From NCBI GenBank assembly GCA_964016885.1, contig OZ024758.1, forward strand, positions 38,750,001 through 38,814,000: a stretch of DNA of 64,000 nucleotides, in the 5' to 3' direction. This stretch comes from Eledone cirrhosa (lineage: Eukaryota). Below the pieces are notes generated by a model that saw only the letters and a list, made by a program, of their open reading frames with translations, was not told the origin of the DNA and did not search any database. Below, piece by piece: positions 1 to 12,790 of this stretch. The translations under genes were made by a program, and so were the position numbers. The stretch's first letter is position 1. Each line of letters starts with the position of its first letter.

Positions 1-3000
1 GTTGGTGAGAATTCATTTAAGTTCATGGTATTAGCTGTCAGAAGTAACTCCACTGTTGGTGAGAATTCATTTAAGTTCATGGTATTAGCTGTCAGAAGGA
101 ACTCCAATGTTGGTGAGAATTCATTTAAGTCATGGTACTAGCTGTCAGAAGTAACTCCACTGTTGGTGAGAATTCATTTAAGTTCATGGTATTAGCTGTC
201 AGAAGGAACGCCACTGTTGGTGAGAATTCATTTAAGTTCATGGTATTAGCTGTCAGAAGTAACTCCACTGTTGGTGAGAATTCATTTAAGTTCATGGTAC
301 TAGCTGTCAGAAGTAACTCCAATGTTGGTGAGAATTCATTTAAGTTCATGGTATTAGCTGTCAGAAGGAACTCCACTGTTGGTGAGAATTCATTTAAGTT
401 CATGGTATTAGCTGTCAGAAGTAACTCCACTGTTGGTGAGAATTCATTTAAGTTCATGGTATTAGCTGTCAGAAGGAACTACACTGTTGGTGAGAATTCA
501 TTTAAGTTCATGGTATTAGCTGTCAGAAGTAACTCCACTGTTGGTGAGAATTCATTTAAGTTCATGGTACTAGCTGTCAGAAGTAACTCCAATGTTGGTG
601 AGAATTCATTTAAGTTCATGGTATTAGCTGTCAGAAGGAACTCCACTGTTGGTGAGAATTCATTTAAGTTCACGGTATTAGCTGTCAGAAGTAACTCCAC
701 TGTTGGTGAGAATTCATTTAAGTTCATGGTACTAGCTGTCAGAAGTAACTCCAATGTTGGTGAGAATTCATTTAAGTTCATGGTATTAGCTGTCAGAAGT
801 AACTCCACTGTTGGTGAGAATTCATTTAAGTCATGGTATTAGCTGTCAGAAGTAACTCCAATGTTGGTGAGAATTCATTTAAGTTCATGGTATTAGCTGT
901 CAGAAGTAACTCCACTGTTGGTGAGAATTCATTTAAGTTCATGGTATTAGCTGTCAGAAGTAACTCCACAGTTGGTGAGAATTCATTTAAGTTCATGGTA
1001 TTAGTTTGTCAGAAGTAACTCCACTGTTGGTGAGAATTCATTTAAGTCATGGTATTAGTTGTCAGAAGTAACTCCAATGTTGGTGAGAATTCATTTAAGT
1101 TCATGGTATTAGCTGTCAGAAGTAACTCCACTGTTGGTGAGAATTCATTTAAGTTCATGGTACTAGCTGTCAGAAGTAACTCCACTGTTGGTGAGAATTC
1201 ATTTAAGATCATGGTATTAGCTGTCAGAAGTCACTCCAATGTTGGTGAGAATTCATTGAAGTTCATGGTATTAGCTGTCAGAAGTCACTCCACTGTTGGT
1301 GAGAATTCATTTAAGTTCATGGTACTAGCTGTCAGAAGTAACCCCAATGTTGGTGAGAATTCATTTAAGTTCATGGTATTAGCTGTCAGAAGTAACTCCA
1401 CTGTTGGTGAGAATTCATTTAAGTTCATGGTATTAGCTGTCAGAAGTAACTCCACTGTTGGTGAGAATCCATTTAAGTTCATGGTATTAGCTGTCAGAAG
1501 TAACTCCACTGTTGGTGAGAATTCATTTAAGTTCATGGTATTAGCTGTCAGAAGGAACTCCAATGTTGGTGAGAATTCATTTAAGTCATGGTACTAGCTG
1601 TCAGAAGTAACTCCACTGTTGGTGAGAATTCATTTAAGTTCATGGTATTAGCTGTCAGAAGTAACTCCACTGTTGGTGAGAATTCATTTAAGTCATGGTA
1701 TTAGCTGTCAGAAGTAACTCCATTGTTGGTGTTAATTAATTTAAGTCATGGTACTAGCTGTCAGAAGTAACTCCACTGTTGGTGAGAATTCATTTAAGTT
1801 CATGGTATTAGCTGTCAGAAGGAACTCCACTGTTGGTGAGAATTCATTTAAGTTCATGGTACTAGCTGTCAGAAGGAACTCCACTGTTGGTGAGAATTCA
1901 TTTAAGTTCATGGTATTAGCTGTCAGAAGGAACGCCACTGTTGGTGAGAATTCATTTAAGTTCATGGTATTAGCTGTCAGAAGTAATTCCACTGTTGGTG
2001 AGAATTCATTTAAGTTCATGGTACTAGCTGTCAGAAGTAACTCCAATGTTGGTGAGAATTCATTTAAGTTCATGGTATTAGCTGTCAGAAGGAACTCCAC
2101 TGTTGGTGAGAATTCATTTAAGTTCATGGTATTAGCTGTCAGAAGTAACTCCACTGTTGGTGAGAATTCATTTAAGTTCATGGTATTAGCTGTCAGAAGG
2201 AACTCCACTGTTGGTGAGAATTCATTTAAGTTCATGGTATTAGCTGTCAGAAGTAACTCCACTGTTGGTGAGAATTCATTTAAGTTCATGGTACTAGCTG
2301 TCAGAAGTAACTCCAATGTTGGTGAGAATTCATTTAAGTTCATGGCATTAGCTGTCAGAAGTAACTCCACTGTTGGTGAGAATTCATTTAAGTCATGGTA
2401 TTAGCTGTCAGAAGTAACTCCAATGTTGGTGAGAATTCATTTAAGTTCATGGTATTAGCTGTCAGAAGTAACTCCACTGTTGGTGAGAATTCATTTAAGT
2501 TCATGGTATTAGCTGTCAGAAGTAACTCCACTGTTGGTGAGAATTCATTTAAGTTCATGGTACTAGCTGTCAGAAGTAACTCCAATGTTGGTGAGAATTC
2601 ATTTAAGTTCATGGTATTAGCTGTCAGAAGGAACTCCACTGTTGGTGAGAATTCATTTAAGTTCATGGTATTAGCTGTCAGAAGTAACTCCACTGTTGGT
2701 GAGAATTCATTTAAGTTCATGGTACTAGTTGTCAGAAGTAACTCCACTGTTGGTGAGAATTCATTTAAGTTCATGGTATTAGTTGTCAGAAGTAACTCCA
2801 CTGTTGGTGAGAATTCATTTAAGTCATGGTATTAGTTGTCAGAAGTAACTCCAATGTTGGTGAGAATTCATTAAATTCATGGTACTAGCTGTCAGAAGTA
2901 ACTCCACTGTTGGTGAGAATTCATTTAAGTTCATGGTATTAGCTGTCAGAAGTAACTCCACTGTTGGTGAGAATTCATTTAAGTCATGGTACTAGCTGTC

Positions 3001-6000
3001 AGAAGTAACTCCACTGTTGGTGAGAATTCATTTAAGTTCATGGTATTAGCTGTCAGAAGGAACTCCACTGTTGGTGAGAATTCATTTAAGTTCATGGTAC
3101 TAGCTGTCAGAAGTAACTCCACTGTTGGTGAGAATTCATTTAAGTTCATGGTACTAGCTGTCAGAAGTAACTCCACTGTTGGTGAGAATTCATTTAAGTT
3201 CATGGTACTAGCTGTCAGAAGTCACTCCAATGTTGGTGCGAATTCATTTAAGTTCATGGTATTAGCTGTCAGAAGTCACTCCACTGTTGGTGAGAATTCA
3301 TTTAAGTTCATGGTACTTGCTGTCAGAAGTAACCCCAATGTTGGTGAGAATTCATTTAAGTTCATGGTATTAGCTGTCAGAAGTCACTCCAATGTTGGTG
3401 AGAATTCATTTAAGTTCATGGTACTAGCTGTCAGAAGTAACTCCACTGTTGGTGAGAATTCATTTAAGTTCATGGTACTAGCTGTCAGAAGTAACTCCAC
3501 TGTTGGTGAGAATTCATTTAAGTTCATGGTACTAGCTGTCAGAAGTAACTCCACTGTTAGTGACAATTCATTTAAGTTCATGGTACTAGCTGTCAGAAGT
3601 AACTCCACTGTTGGTGAGAATTCATTTAAGTTCATGGTATTAGCTGTCAGAAGTAACTCCACTGTTGGTGAGAATTCATTTAAGTTCATGGTATTAGCTG
3701 TCAGAAGTAACTCCACTGTTGGTGAGAATTCATTTAAGTTCATGGTATTAGCTGTCAGAAGGAACTCCAATGTTGGTGAGAATTCATTTAAGTCATGGTA
3801 CTAGCTGTCAGAAGTAACTCCACTGTTGGTGAGAATTCATTTAAGTTCATGGTATTAGCTGTCAGAAGGAACGCCACTGTTGGTGAGAATTCATTTAAGT
3901 TCATGGTATTAGCTGTCAGAAGTAACTCCACTGTTGGTGAGAATTCATTTAAGTTCATGGTACAAGCTGTCAGAAGTAACTCCAATGTTGGTGAGAATTC
4001 ATTTAAGTTCATGGTATTAGCTGTCAGAAGGAACTCCACTGTTGGTGAGAATTCATTTAAGTTCATGGTATTAGCTGTCAGAAGTAACTCCACTGTTGGT
4101 GAGAATTCATTTAAGTTCATGGTATTAGCTGTCAGAAGGAACTACACTGTTGGTGAGAATTCATTTAAGTTCATGGTATTAGCTGTCAGAAGTAACTCCA
4201 CTGTTGGTGAGAATTCATTTAAGTTCATGGTACTAGCTGTCAGAAGTAACTCCAATGTTGGTGAGAATTCATTTAAGTTCATGGTATTAGCTGTCAGAAG
4301 GAACTCCACTGTTGGTGAGAATTCATTTAAGTTCACGGTATTAGCTGTCAGAAGTAACTCCACTGTTGGTGAGAATTCATTTAAGTTCATGGTACTAGCT
4401 GTCAGAAGTAACTCCAATGTTGGTGAGAATTCATTTAAGTTCATGGTATTAGCTGTCAGAAGTAACTCCACTGTTGGTGAGAATTCATTTAAGTCATGGT
4501 ATTAGCTGTCAGAAGTAACTCCAATGTTGGTGAGAATTCATTTAAGTTCATGGTATTAGCTGTCAGAAGTAACTCCACAGTTGGTGAGAATTCATTTAAG
4601 TTCATGGTATTAGTTTGTCAGAAGTAACTCCACTGTTGGTGAGAATTCATTTAAGTCATGGTATTAGTTGTCAGAAGTAACTCCAATGTTGGTGAGAATT
4701 CATTTAAGTTCATGGTATTAGCTGTCAGAAGTAACTCCACTGTTGGTGAGAATTCATTTAAGTTCATGGTACTAGCTGTCAGAAGTAACTCCACTGTTGG
4801 TGAGAATTCATTTAAGATCATGGTATTAGCTGTCAGAAGTCACTCCAATGTTGGTGAGAATTCATTGAAGTTCATGGTATTAGCTGTCAGAAGTCACTCC
4901 ACTGTTGGTGAGAATTCATTTAAGTTCATGGTACTAGCTGTCAGAAGTAACCCCAATGTTGGTGAGAATTCATTTAAGTTCATGGTATTAGCTGTCAGAA
5001 GTAACTCCACTGTTGGTGAGAATTCATTTAAGTTCATGGTATTAGCTGTCAGAAGTAACTCCACTGTTGGTGAGAATCCATTTAAGTTCATGGTATTAGC
5101 TGTCAGAAGTAACTCCACTGTTGGTGAGAATTCATTTAAGTTCATGGTATTAGCTGTCAGAAGGAACTCCAATGTTGGTGAGAATTCATTTAAGTCATGG
5201 TACTAGCTGTCAGAAGTAACTCCACTGTTGGTGAGAATTCATTTAAGTTCATGGTATTAGCTGTCAGAAGTAACTCCACTGTTGGTGAGAATTCATTTAA
5301 GTCATGGTATTAGCTGTCAGAAGTAACTCCATTGTTGGTGTTAATTAATTTAAGTCATGGTACTAGCTGTCAGAAGTAACTCCACTGTTGGTGAGAATTC
5401 ATTTAAGTTCATGGTATTAGCTGTCAGAAGGAACTCCACTGTTGGTGAGAATTCATTTAAGTTCATGGTACTAGCTGTCAGAAGGAACTCCACTGTTGGT
5501 GAGAATTCATTTAAGTTCATGGTATTAGCTGTCAGAAGGAACGCCACTGTTGGTGAGAATTCATTTAAGTTCATGGTATTAGCTGTCAGAAGTAATTCCA
5601 CTGTTGGTGAGAATTCATTTAAGTTCATGGTACTAGCTGTCAGAAGTAACTCCAATGTTGGTGAGAATTCATTTAAGTTCATGGTATTAGCTGTCAGAAG
5701 GAACTCCACTGTTGGTGAGAATTCATTTAAGTTCATGGTATTAGCTGTCAGAAGTAACTCCACTGTTGGTGAGAATTCATTTAAGTTCATGGTATTAGCT
5801 GTCAGAAGGAACTCCACTGTTGGTGAGAATTCATTTAAGTTCATGGTATTAGCTGTCAGAAGTAACTCCACTGTTGGTGAGAATTCATTTAAGTTCATGG
5901 TACTAGCTGTCAGAAGTAACTCCAATGTTGGTGAGAATTCATTTAAGTTCATGGCATTAGCTGTCAGAAGTAACTCCACTGTTGGTGAGAATTCATTTAA

Positions 6001-6170
6001 GTCATGGTATTAGCTGTCAGAAGTAACTCCAATGTTGGTGAGAATTCATTTAAGTTCATGGTATTAGCTGTCAGAAGTAACTCCACTGTTGGTGAGAATT
6101 CATTTAAGTTCATGGTATTAGCTGTCAGAAGTAACTCCACTGTTGGTGAGAATTCATTTAAGTTCATGGT
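1..6170. repeat. Segmental duplication within the array: about 1-2560 repeated at about 3660-6170 (offset 3663, then 3609 after loss of one monomer)
   Basis: Private variants are shared: 'aactacac' at 481/4144 (offset 3663) and 'gtgttaattaat' at 1731/5340 (offset 3609), plus 'aagatc', 'cattgaag' and 'atggcatt'. ORF starts pair as 132/3795, 1049/4658, 1748/5357 and 2395/6004. Confidence 0.92.
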
Positions 6171-9119
6171 ACTAGCTGTCAGAAGTAACTCCACTGTTGG
6201 TGAGAATTCATTTAAGTTCATGGTATTAGCTGTCAGAAGGAACTCCACTGTTGGTGAGAATTCATTTAAGTTCATGGTACTAGCTGTCAGAAGTAACTCC
6301 ACTGTTGGTGAGAATTCATTTAAGTTCATGGTATTAGTTTGTCAGAAGTAACTCCACTGTTGGTGAGAATTCATTTAAGTCATGGTATTAGTTGTCAGAA
6401 GTAACTCCAATGTTGGTGAGAATTCATTTAAGTCATGGTACTAGCTGTCAGAAGTAACTCCAATGTTGGTGAGAATTCATTTAAGTTCATGGTATTAGCT
6501 GTCAGAAGGAACTCCACTGTTGGTGAGAATTCATTTAAGTTCATGGTATTAGCTGTCAGAAGTAACTCCACTGTTGGTGAGAATTTATTTAAGTTCATGG
6601 TACTAGCTGTCAGAAGTAACTCCAATGTTGGTGAGAATTCATTTAAGTTCATGGTATTAGCTGTCAGAAGTAACTCCACTGTTGGTGAGAATTCATTTAA
6701 GTCATGGTATTAGCTGTCAGAAGTAACTCCAATGTTGGTGAGAATTCATTTAAGTTCATGGTATTAGCTGTCAGAAGTAACTCCACTGTTGGTGAGAATT
6801 CATTTAAGTTCATGGTATTAGCTGTCAGAAGTCACTCCAATGTTGGTGAGAATTCATTTAAGTTCATGGTATTAGCTGTCAGAAGTAACTCCACTGTTGG
6901 TGAGAATTCATTTAAGTTCATGGTATTAGCTGTCAGAAGTAACTCCACTGTTGGTGAGAATTCATTTAAGTTCATGGTATTAGCTGTCAGAAGTAACTCC
7001 ACTGTTGGTGAGAATTCATTTAAGTTCATGGTATTAGCTGTCAGAAGGAACTCCAATGTTGGTGAGAATTCATTTAAGTCATGGTACTAGCTGTCAGAAG
7101 TAACTCCACTGTTGGTGAGAATTCATTTAAGTTCATGGTATTAGCTGTCAGAAGGAACGCCACTGTTGGTGAGAATTCATTTAAGTTCATGGTATTAGCT
7201 GTCAGAAGTAACTCCACTGTTGGTGAGAATTCATTTAAGTTCATGGTACTAGATGTCAGAAGTAACCCCAATGTTGGTGAGAATTCATTTAAGTTTATGG
7301 TATTAGCTGTCAGAAGTCACTCCAATGTTGGTGAGAATTAATTTAAGTTCACGGTATTAGCTGTCAGAAGTAACTCCACTGTTGGTGAGAATTCATTTAA
7401 GTTCATGGTATTAGCTGTCAGAAGTAACTCCACTGTTGGTGAGAATTCATTTAAGTTCATGGTATTAGTTTGTCAGAAGTAACTCCACTGTTGGTGAGAA
7501 TTCATTTAAGTCATGGTATTAGTTGTCAGAAGTAACTCCAATGTTGGTGAGAATTCATTTAAGTTCATGGTATTAGCTGTCAGAAGTAACTCCACTGTTG
7601 GTGAGAATTCATTTAAGTTCATGGTACTAGCTGTCAGAAGTAACTCCACTGTTGGTGAGAATTCATTTAAGTTCATGGTATTAGCTGTCAGAAGTCACTC
7701 CAATGTTGGTGAGAATTCATTTAAGTTCATGGTATTAGCTGTCAGAAGTCACTCCACTGTTGGTGAGAATTCATTTAAGTTCATGGTACTAGCTGTCAGA
7801 AGTAACCCCAATGTTGGTGAGAATTCATTTAAGTTCATGGTATTAGCTGTCAGAAGTCACTCCAATGTTGGTGAGAATTCATTTAAGTTCATGGTATTAG
7901 CTGTCAGAAGTAACTCCACTGTTGGTGAGAATCCATTTAAGTTCATGTTATTAGCTGTCAGAAGTAACCCCACTGTTGGTGAGAATTCATTTAAGTTCAT
8001 GCTATTAGCTGTCAGAAGTCACTCCAATGTTGGTGAGAATTCATTTAAGTTCATGGTATTAGCTGTCAGAAGTAACTCCACTGTTGGTGAGAATCCATTT
8101 AAGTTCATGTTATTAGCTGTCAGAAGTAACCCCACTGTTGGTGAGAATTCATTTAAGTTCATGGTATTAGCTGTCAGAAGGAACTCCAATGTTGGTGAGA
8201 ATTCATTTAAGTCATGGTACTAGCTGTCAGAAGTAACTCCACTGTTGGTGAGAATTCATTTAAGTTCATGGTATTAGCTGTCAGAAGTAACTCCACTGTT
8301 GGTGAGAATTCATTTAAGTTCATGGTACTAGCTGTCAGAAGTAACTCCAATGTTGGTGAGAATTCATTTAATTTCATGGTATTAGCTGTCAGAAGGAACT
8401 CCACTGTTGGTGAGAATTCATTTAAGTTCATGGTATTAGCTGTCAGAAGTAACTCCACTGTTGGTGAGAATTCATTTATGTTCATGGTACTAGTTGTCAG
8501 AAGTAACTCCACTGTTGGTGAGAATTCATTTAAGTTCATGGTATTAGTTGTCAGAAGTAACTCCACTGTTGGTGAGAATTCATTTAAGTCATGGTATTAG
8601 TTGTCAGAAGTAACTCCAATGTTGGTGAGAATTCATTTAAGTTCATGGTACTAGCTGTCAGAAGTAACTCCACTGTTGGTGAGAATTCATTTAAGTTCAT
8701 GGTATTAGCTGTCAGAAGTAACTCCACTGTTGGTGAGAATTCATTTAAGTCATGGTATTAGCTGTCAGAAGTAACTCCATTGTTGGTGAGAATTCATTTA
8801 AGTCATGGTACTAGCTGTCAGAAGTAACTCCACTGTTGGTGAGAATTCATGTAAGTTCATGGTATTAGCTGTCAGAAGGAACTCCACTGTTGGTGAGAAT
8901 TCATTTAAGTTCATGGTACTAGCTGTCAGAAGTAACTCCACTGTTGGTGAGAATTCATTTAAGTTCATGGTATTAGCTGTCAGAAGTAACTCCACTGTTG
9001 GTGAGAATTCATTTAAGTTCATGGTATTAGCTGTCAGAAGTAACTCCACTGTTGGTGAGAATTCATTTAAGTTCATGGTATTAGCTGTCAGAAGTAACTC
9101 CACTGTTGGTGAGAATTCA

Positions 9120-11930
9120 TTTAAGTCATGGTACTAGCTGTCAGAAGTAACTCCACTGTTGGTGAGAATTCATTTAAGTTCATGGTATTAGCTGTCAGAA
9201 GGAACGCCACTGTTGGTGAGAATTCATTTAAGTTCATGGTATTAGCTGTCAGAAGTAACTCCACTGTTGGTGAGAATTCATTTAAGTTCATGGTACTAGC
9301 TGTCAGAAGTAACCCCAATGTTGGTGAGAATTCATTTAAGTTTATGGTATTAGCTGTCAGAAGTCACTCCAATGTTGGTGAGAATTCATTTAAGTTCACG
9401 GTATTAGCTGTCAGAAGTAACTCCACTGTTGGTGAGAATTCATTTAAGTTCATGGTATTAGCTGTCAGAAGTAACTCCACTGTTGGTGAGAATTCATTTA
9501 AGTTCATGGTATTAGTTTGTCAGAAGTAACTCCACTGTTGGTGAGAATTCATTTAAGTCATGGTATTAGTTGTCAGAAGTAACTCCAATGTTGGTGAGAA
9601 TTCATTTAAGTTCATGGTATTAGCTGTCAGAAGTAACTCCACTGTTGGTGAGAATTCATTTAAGTTCATGGTACTAGCTGTCAGAAGTAACTCCACTGTT
9701 GGTGAGAATTCATTTAAGTTCATGGTACTAGCTGTCAGAAGTAACTCCACTGTTGGTGAGAATTCATTTAAGTTCATGGTATTAGCTGTCAGAAGGAACT
9801 CCACTGTTGGTGAGAATTCATTTAAGTTCATGGTACTAGCTGTCAGAAGTAACTCCACTGTTGGTGAGAATTCATTTAAGTTCATGGTATTAGTTTGTCA
9901 GAAGTAACTCCACTGTTGGTGAGAATTCATTTAAGTCATGGTATTAGTTGTCAGAAGTAACTCCAATGTTGGTGAGAATTCATTTAAGTCATGGTACTAG
10001 CTGTCAGAAGTAACTCCAATGTTGGTGAGAATTCATTTAAGTTCATGGTATTAGCTGTCAGAAGGAACTCCACTGTTGGTGAGAATTCATTTAAGTTCAT
10101 GGTATTAGCTGTCAGAAGTAACTCCACTGTTGGTGAGAATTTATTTAAGTTCATGGTACTAGCTGTCAGAAGTAACTCCAATGTTGGTGAGAATTCATTT
10201 AAGTTCATGGTATTAGCTGTCAGAAGTAACTCCACTGTTGGTGAGAATTCATTTAAGTCATGGTATTAGCTGTCAGAAGTAACTCCAATGTTGGTGAGAA
10301 TTCATTTAAGTTCATGGTATTAGCTGTCAGAAGTAACTCCACTGTTGGTGAGAATTCATTTAAGTTCATGGTATTAGCTGTCAGAAGTAACTCCACAGTT
10401 GGTGAGAATTCATTTAAGTTCATGGTATTAGTTTGTCAGAAGTAACTCCACTGTTGGTGAGAATTCATTTAAGTCATGGTATTAGTTGTCAGAAGTAACT
10501 CCAATGTTGGTGAGAATTCATTTAAGTTCATGGTATTAGCTGTCAGAAGTAACTCCACTGTTGGTGAGAATTCATTTAAGTTCATGGTATTAGCTGTCAG
10601 AAGGAACTCCACTGTTGGTGAGAATTCATTTAAGTTCATGGTACTAGCTGTCAGAAGTAACTCCACTGTTGGTGAGAATTCATTTAAGTTCATGGTATTA
10701 GCTGTCAGAAGTCACTCCAATGTTGGTGAGAATTCATTTAAGTTCATGGTATTAGCTGTCAGAAGTAACTCCACTGTTGGTGAGAATTCATTTAAGTTCA
10801 TGGTATTAGCTGTCAGAAGTAACTCCACTGTTGGTGAGAATTCATTTAAGTTCATGGTATTAGCTGTCAGAAGTAACTCCACTGTTGGTGAGAATTCATT
10901 TAAGTTCATGGTATTAGCTGTCAGAAGGAACTCCAATGTTGGTGAGAATTCATTTAAGTCATGGTACTAGCTGTCAGAAGTAACTCCACTGTTGGTGAGA
11001 ATTCATTTAAGTTCATGGTATTAGCTGTCAGAAGGAACGCCACTGTTGGTGAGAATTCATTTAAGTTCATGGTATTAGCTGTCAGAAGTAACTCCACTGT
11101 TGGTGAGAATTCATTTAAGTTCATGGTACTAGCTGTCAGAAGTAACCCCAATGTTGGTGAGAATTCATTTAAGTTTATGGTATTAGCTGTCAGAAGTCAC
11201 TCCAATGTTGGTGAGAATTCATTTAAGTTCACGGTATTAGCTGTCAGAAGTAACTCCACTGTTGGTGAGAATTCATTTAAGTTCATGGTATTAGCTGTCA
11301 GAAGTAACTCCACTGTTGGTGAGAATTCATTTAAGTTCATGGTATTAGTTTGTCAGAAGTAACTCCACTGTTGGTGAGAATTCATTTAAGTCATGGTATT
11401 AGTTGTCAGAAGTAACTCCAATGTTGGTGAGAATTCATTTAAGTTCATGGTATTAGCTGTCAGAAGTAACTCCACTGTTGGTGAGAATTCATTTAAGTTC
11501 ATGGTACTAGCTGTCAGAAGTAACTCCACTGTTGGTGAGAATTCATTTAAGTTCATGGTATTAGCTGTCAGAAGTCACTCCAATGTTGGTGAGAATTCAT
11601 TTAAGTTCATGGTATTAGCTGTCAGAAGTCACTCCACTGTTGGTGAGAATTCATTTAAGTTCATGGTACTAGCTGTCAGAAGTAACTCCAATGTTGGTGA
11701 GAATTCATTTAAGTTCATGGTATTAGCTGTCAGAAGTCACTCCAATGTTGGTGAGAATTCATTTAAGTTCATGGTATTAGCTGTCAGAAGTAACTCCACT
11801 GTTGGTGAGAATTCATTTAAGTTCATGGTATTAGCTGTCAGAAGTAACTCCACTGTTGGTGAGAATCCATTTAAGTTCATGTTATTAGCTGTCAGAAGTA
11901 ACCCCACTGTTGGTGAGAATTCATTTAAGT
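9120..11930. repeat. Block of about 2.8 kb repeated at about 18020-20830 (offset 8899)
   Basis: ORF starts 9128/18027, 9560/18459, 9991/18890, 10260/19159, 10476/19375, 10961/19860 and 11393/20292 all differ by 8899. Shared variants include 'gaatttattt' and 'ccacagtt'. Confidence 0.9.
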
Positions 11931-12790
11931 TCATGGTATTAGCTGTCAGAAGTAACTCCACTGTTGGTGAGAATTCATTTAAGTTCATGGTACTAGCTGT
12001 CAGAAGTAACCCCAATGTTGGTGAGAATTCATTTAAGTTTATGGTATTAGCTGTCAGAAGTCACTCCAATGTTGGTGAGAATTCATTTAAGTTCACGGTA
12101 TTAGCTGTCAGAAGTAACTCCACTGTTGGTGAGAATTCATTTAAGTTCATGGTATTAGCTGTCAGAAGTAACTCCACTGTTGGTGAGAATTCATTTAAGT
12201 TCATGGTATTAGTTTGTCAGAAGTAACTCCACTGTTGGTGAGAATTCATTTAAGTCATGGTATTAGTTGTCAGAAGTAACTCCAATGTTGGTGAGAATTC
12301 ATTTAAGTTCATGGTATTAGCTGTCAGAAGTAACTCCACTGTTGGTGAGAATTCATTTAAGTTCATGGTACTAGCTGTCAGAAGTAACTCCACTGTTGGT
12401 GAGAATTCATTTAAGTTCATGGTATTAGCTGTCAGAAGTCACTCCAATGTTGGTGAGAATTCATTTAAGTTCATGGTATTAGCTGTCAGAAGTCACTCCA
12501 CTGTTGGTGAGAATTCATTTAAGTTCATGGTACTAGCTGTCAGAAGTAACCCCAATGTTGGTGAGAATTCATTTAAGTTCATGGTATTAGCTGTCAGAAG
12601 TCACTCCAATGTTGGTGAGAATTCATTTAAGTTCATGGTATTAGCTGTCAGAAGTAACTCCACTGTTGGTGAGAATTCATTTAAGTTCATGGTATTAGCT
12701 GTCAGAAGTAACTCCACTGTTGGTGAGAATCCATTTAAGTTCATGTTATTAGCTGTCAGAAGTAACCCCACTGTTGGTGAGAATTCATTT
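11050..12790. repeat. Tandem duplication of 864 bp (16 monomers)
   Basis: ORF starts 11393/12257 and minus-strand ORF coordinates 11151/12015 and 11737/12601 differ by 864. The order of the variants tttatgg, cacgg, tagtttgtc, aatcca and atgtta is the same in both copies. Confidence 0.85.

Noticed and set aside
125-842. Superficial peptide resemblances: NLNEFSP to the cadherin DxNDNxP linker, and TVGENSF to the BspA-type LRR 'IGxxAF' motif
   Set aside because: The matches are only 5-7 residues. The 18-aa period fits neither family (cadherin domains about 110 aa, BspA LRRs about 23 aa), and there is no flanking domain context.
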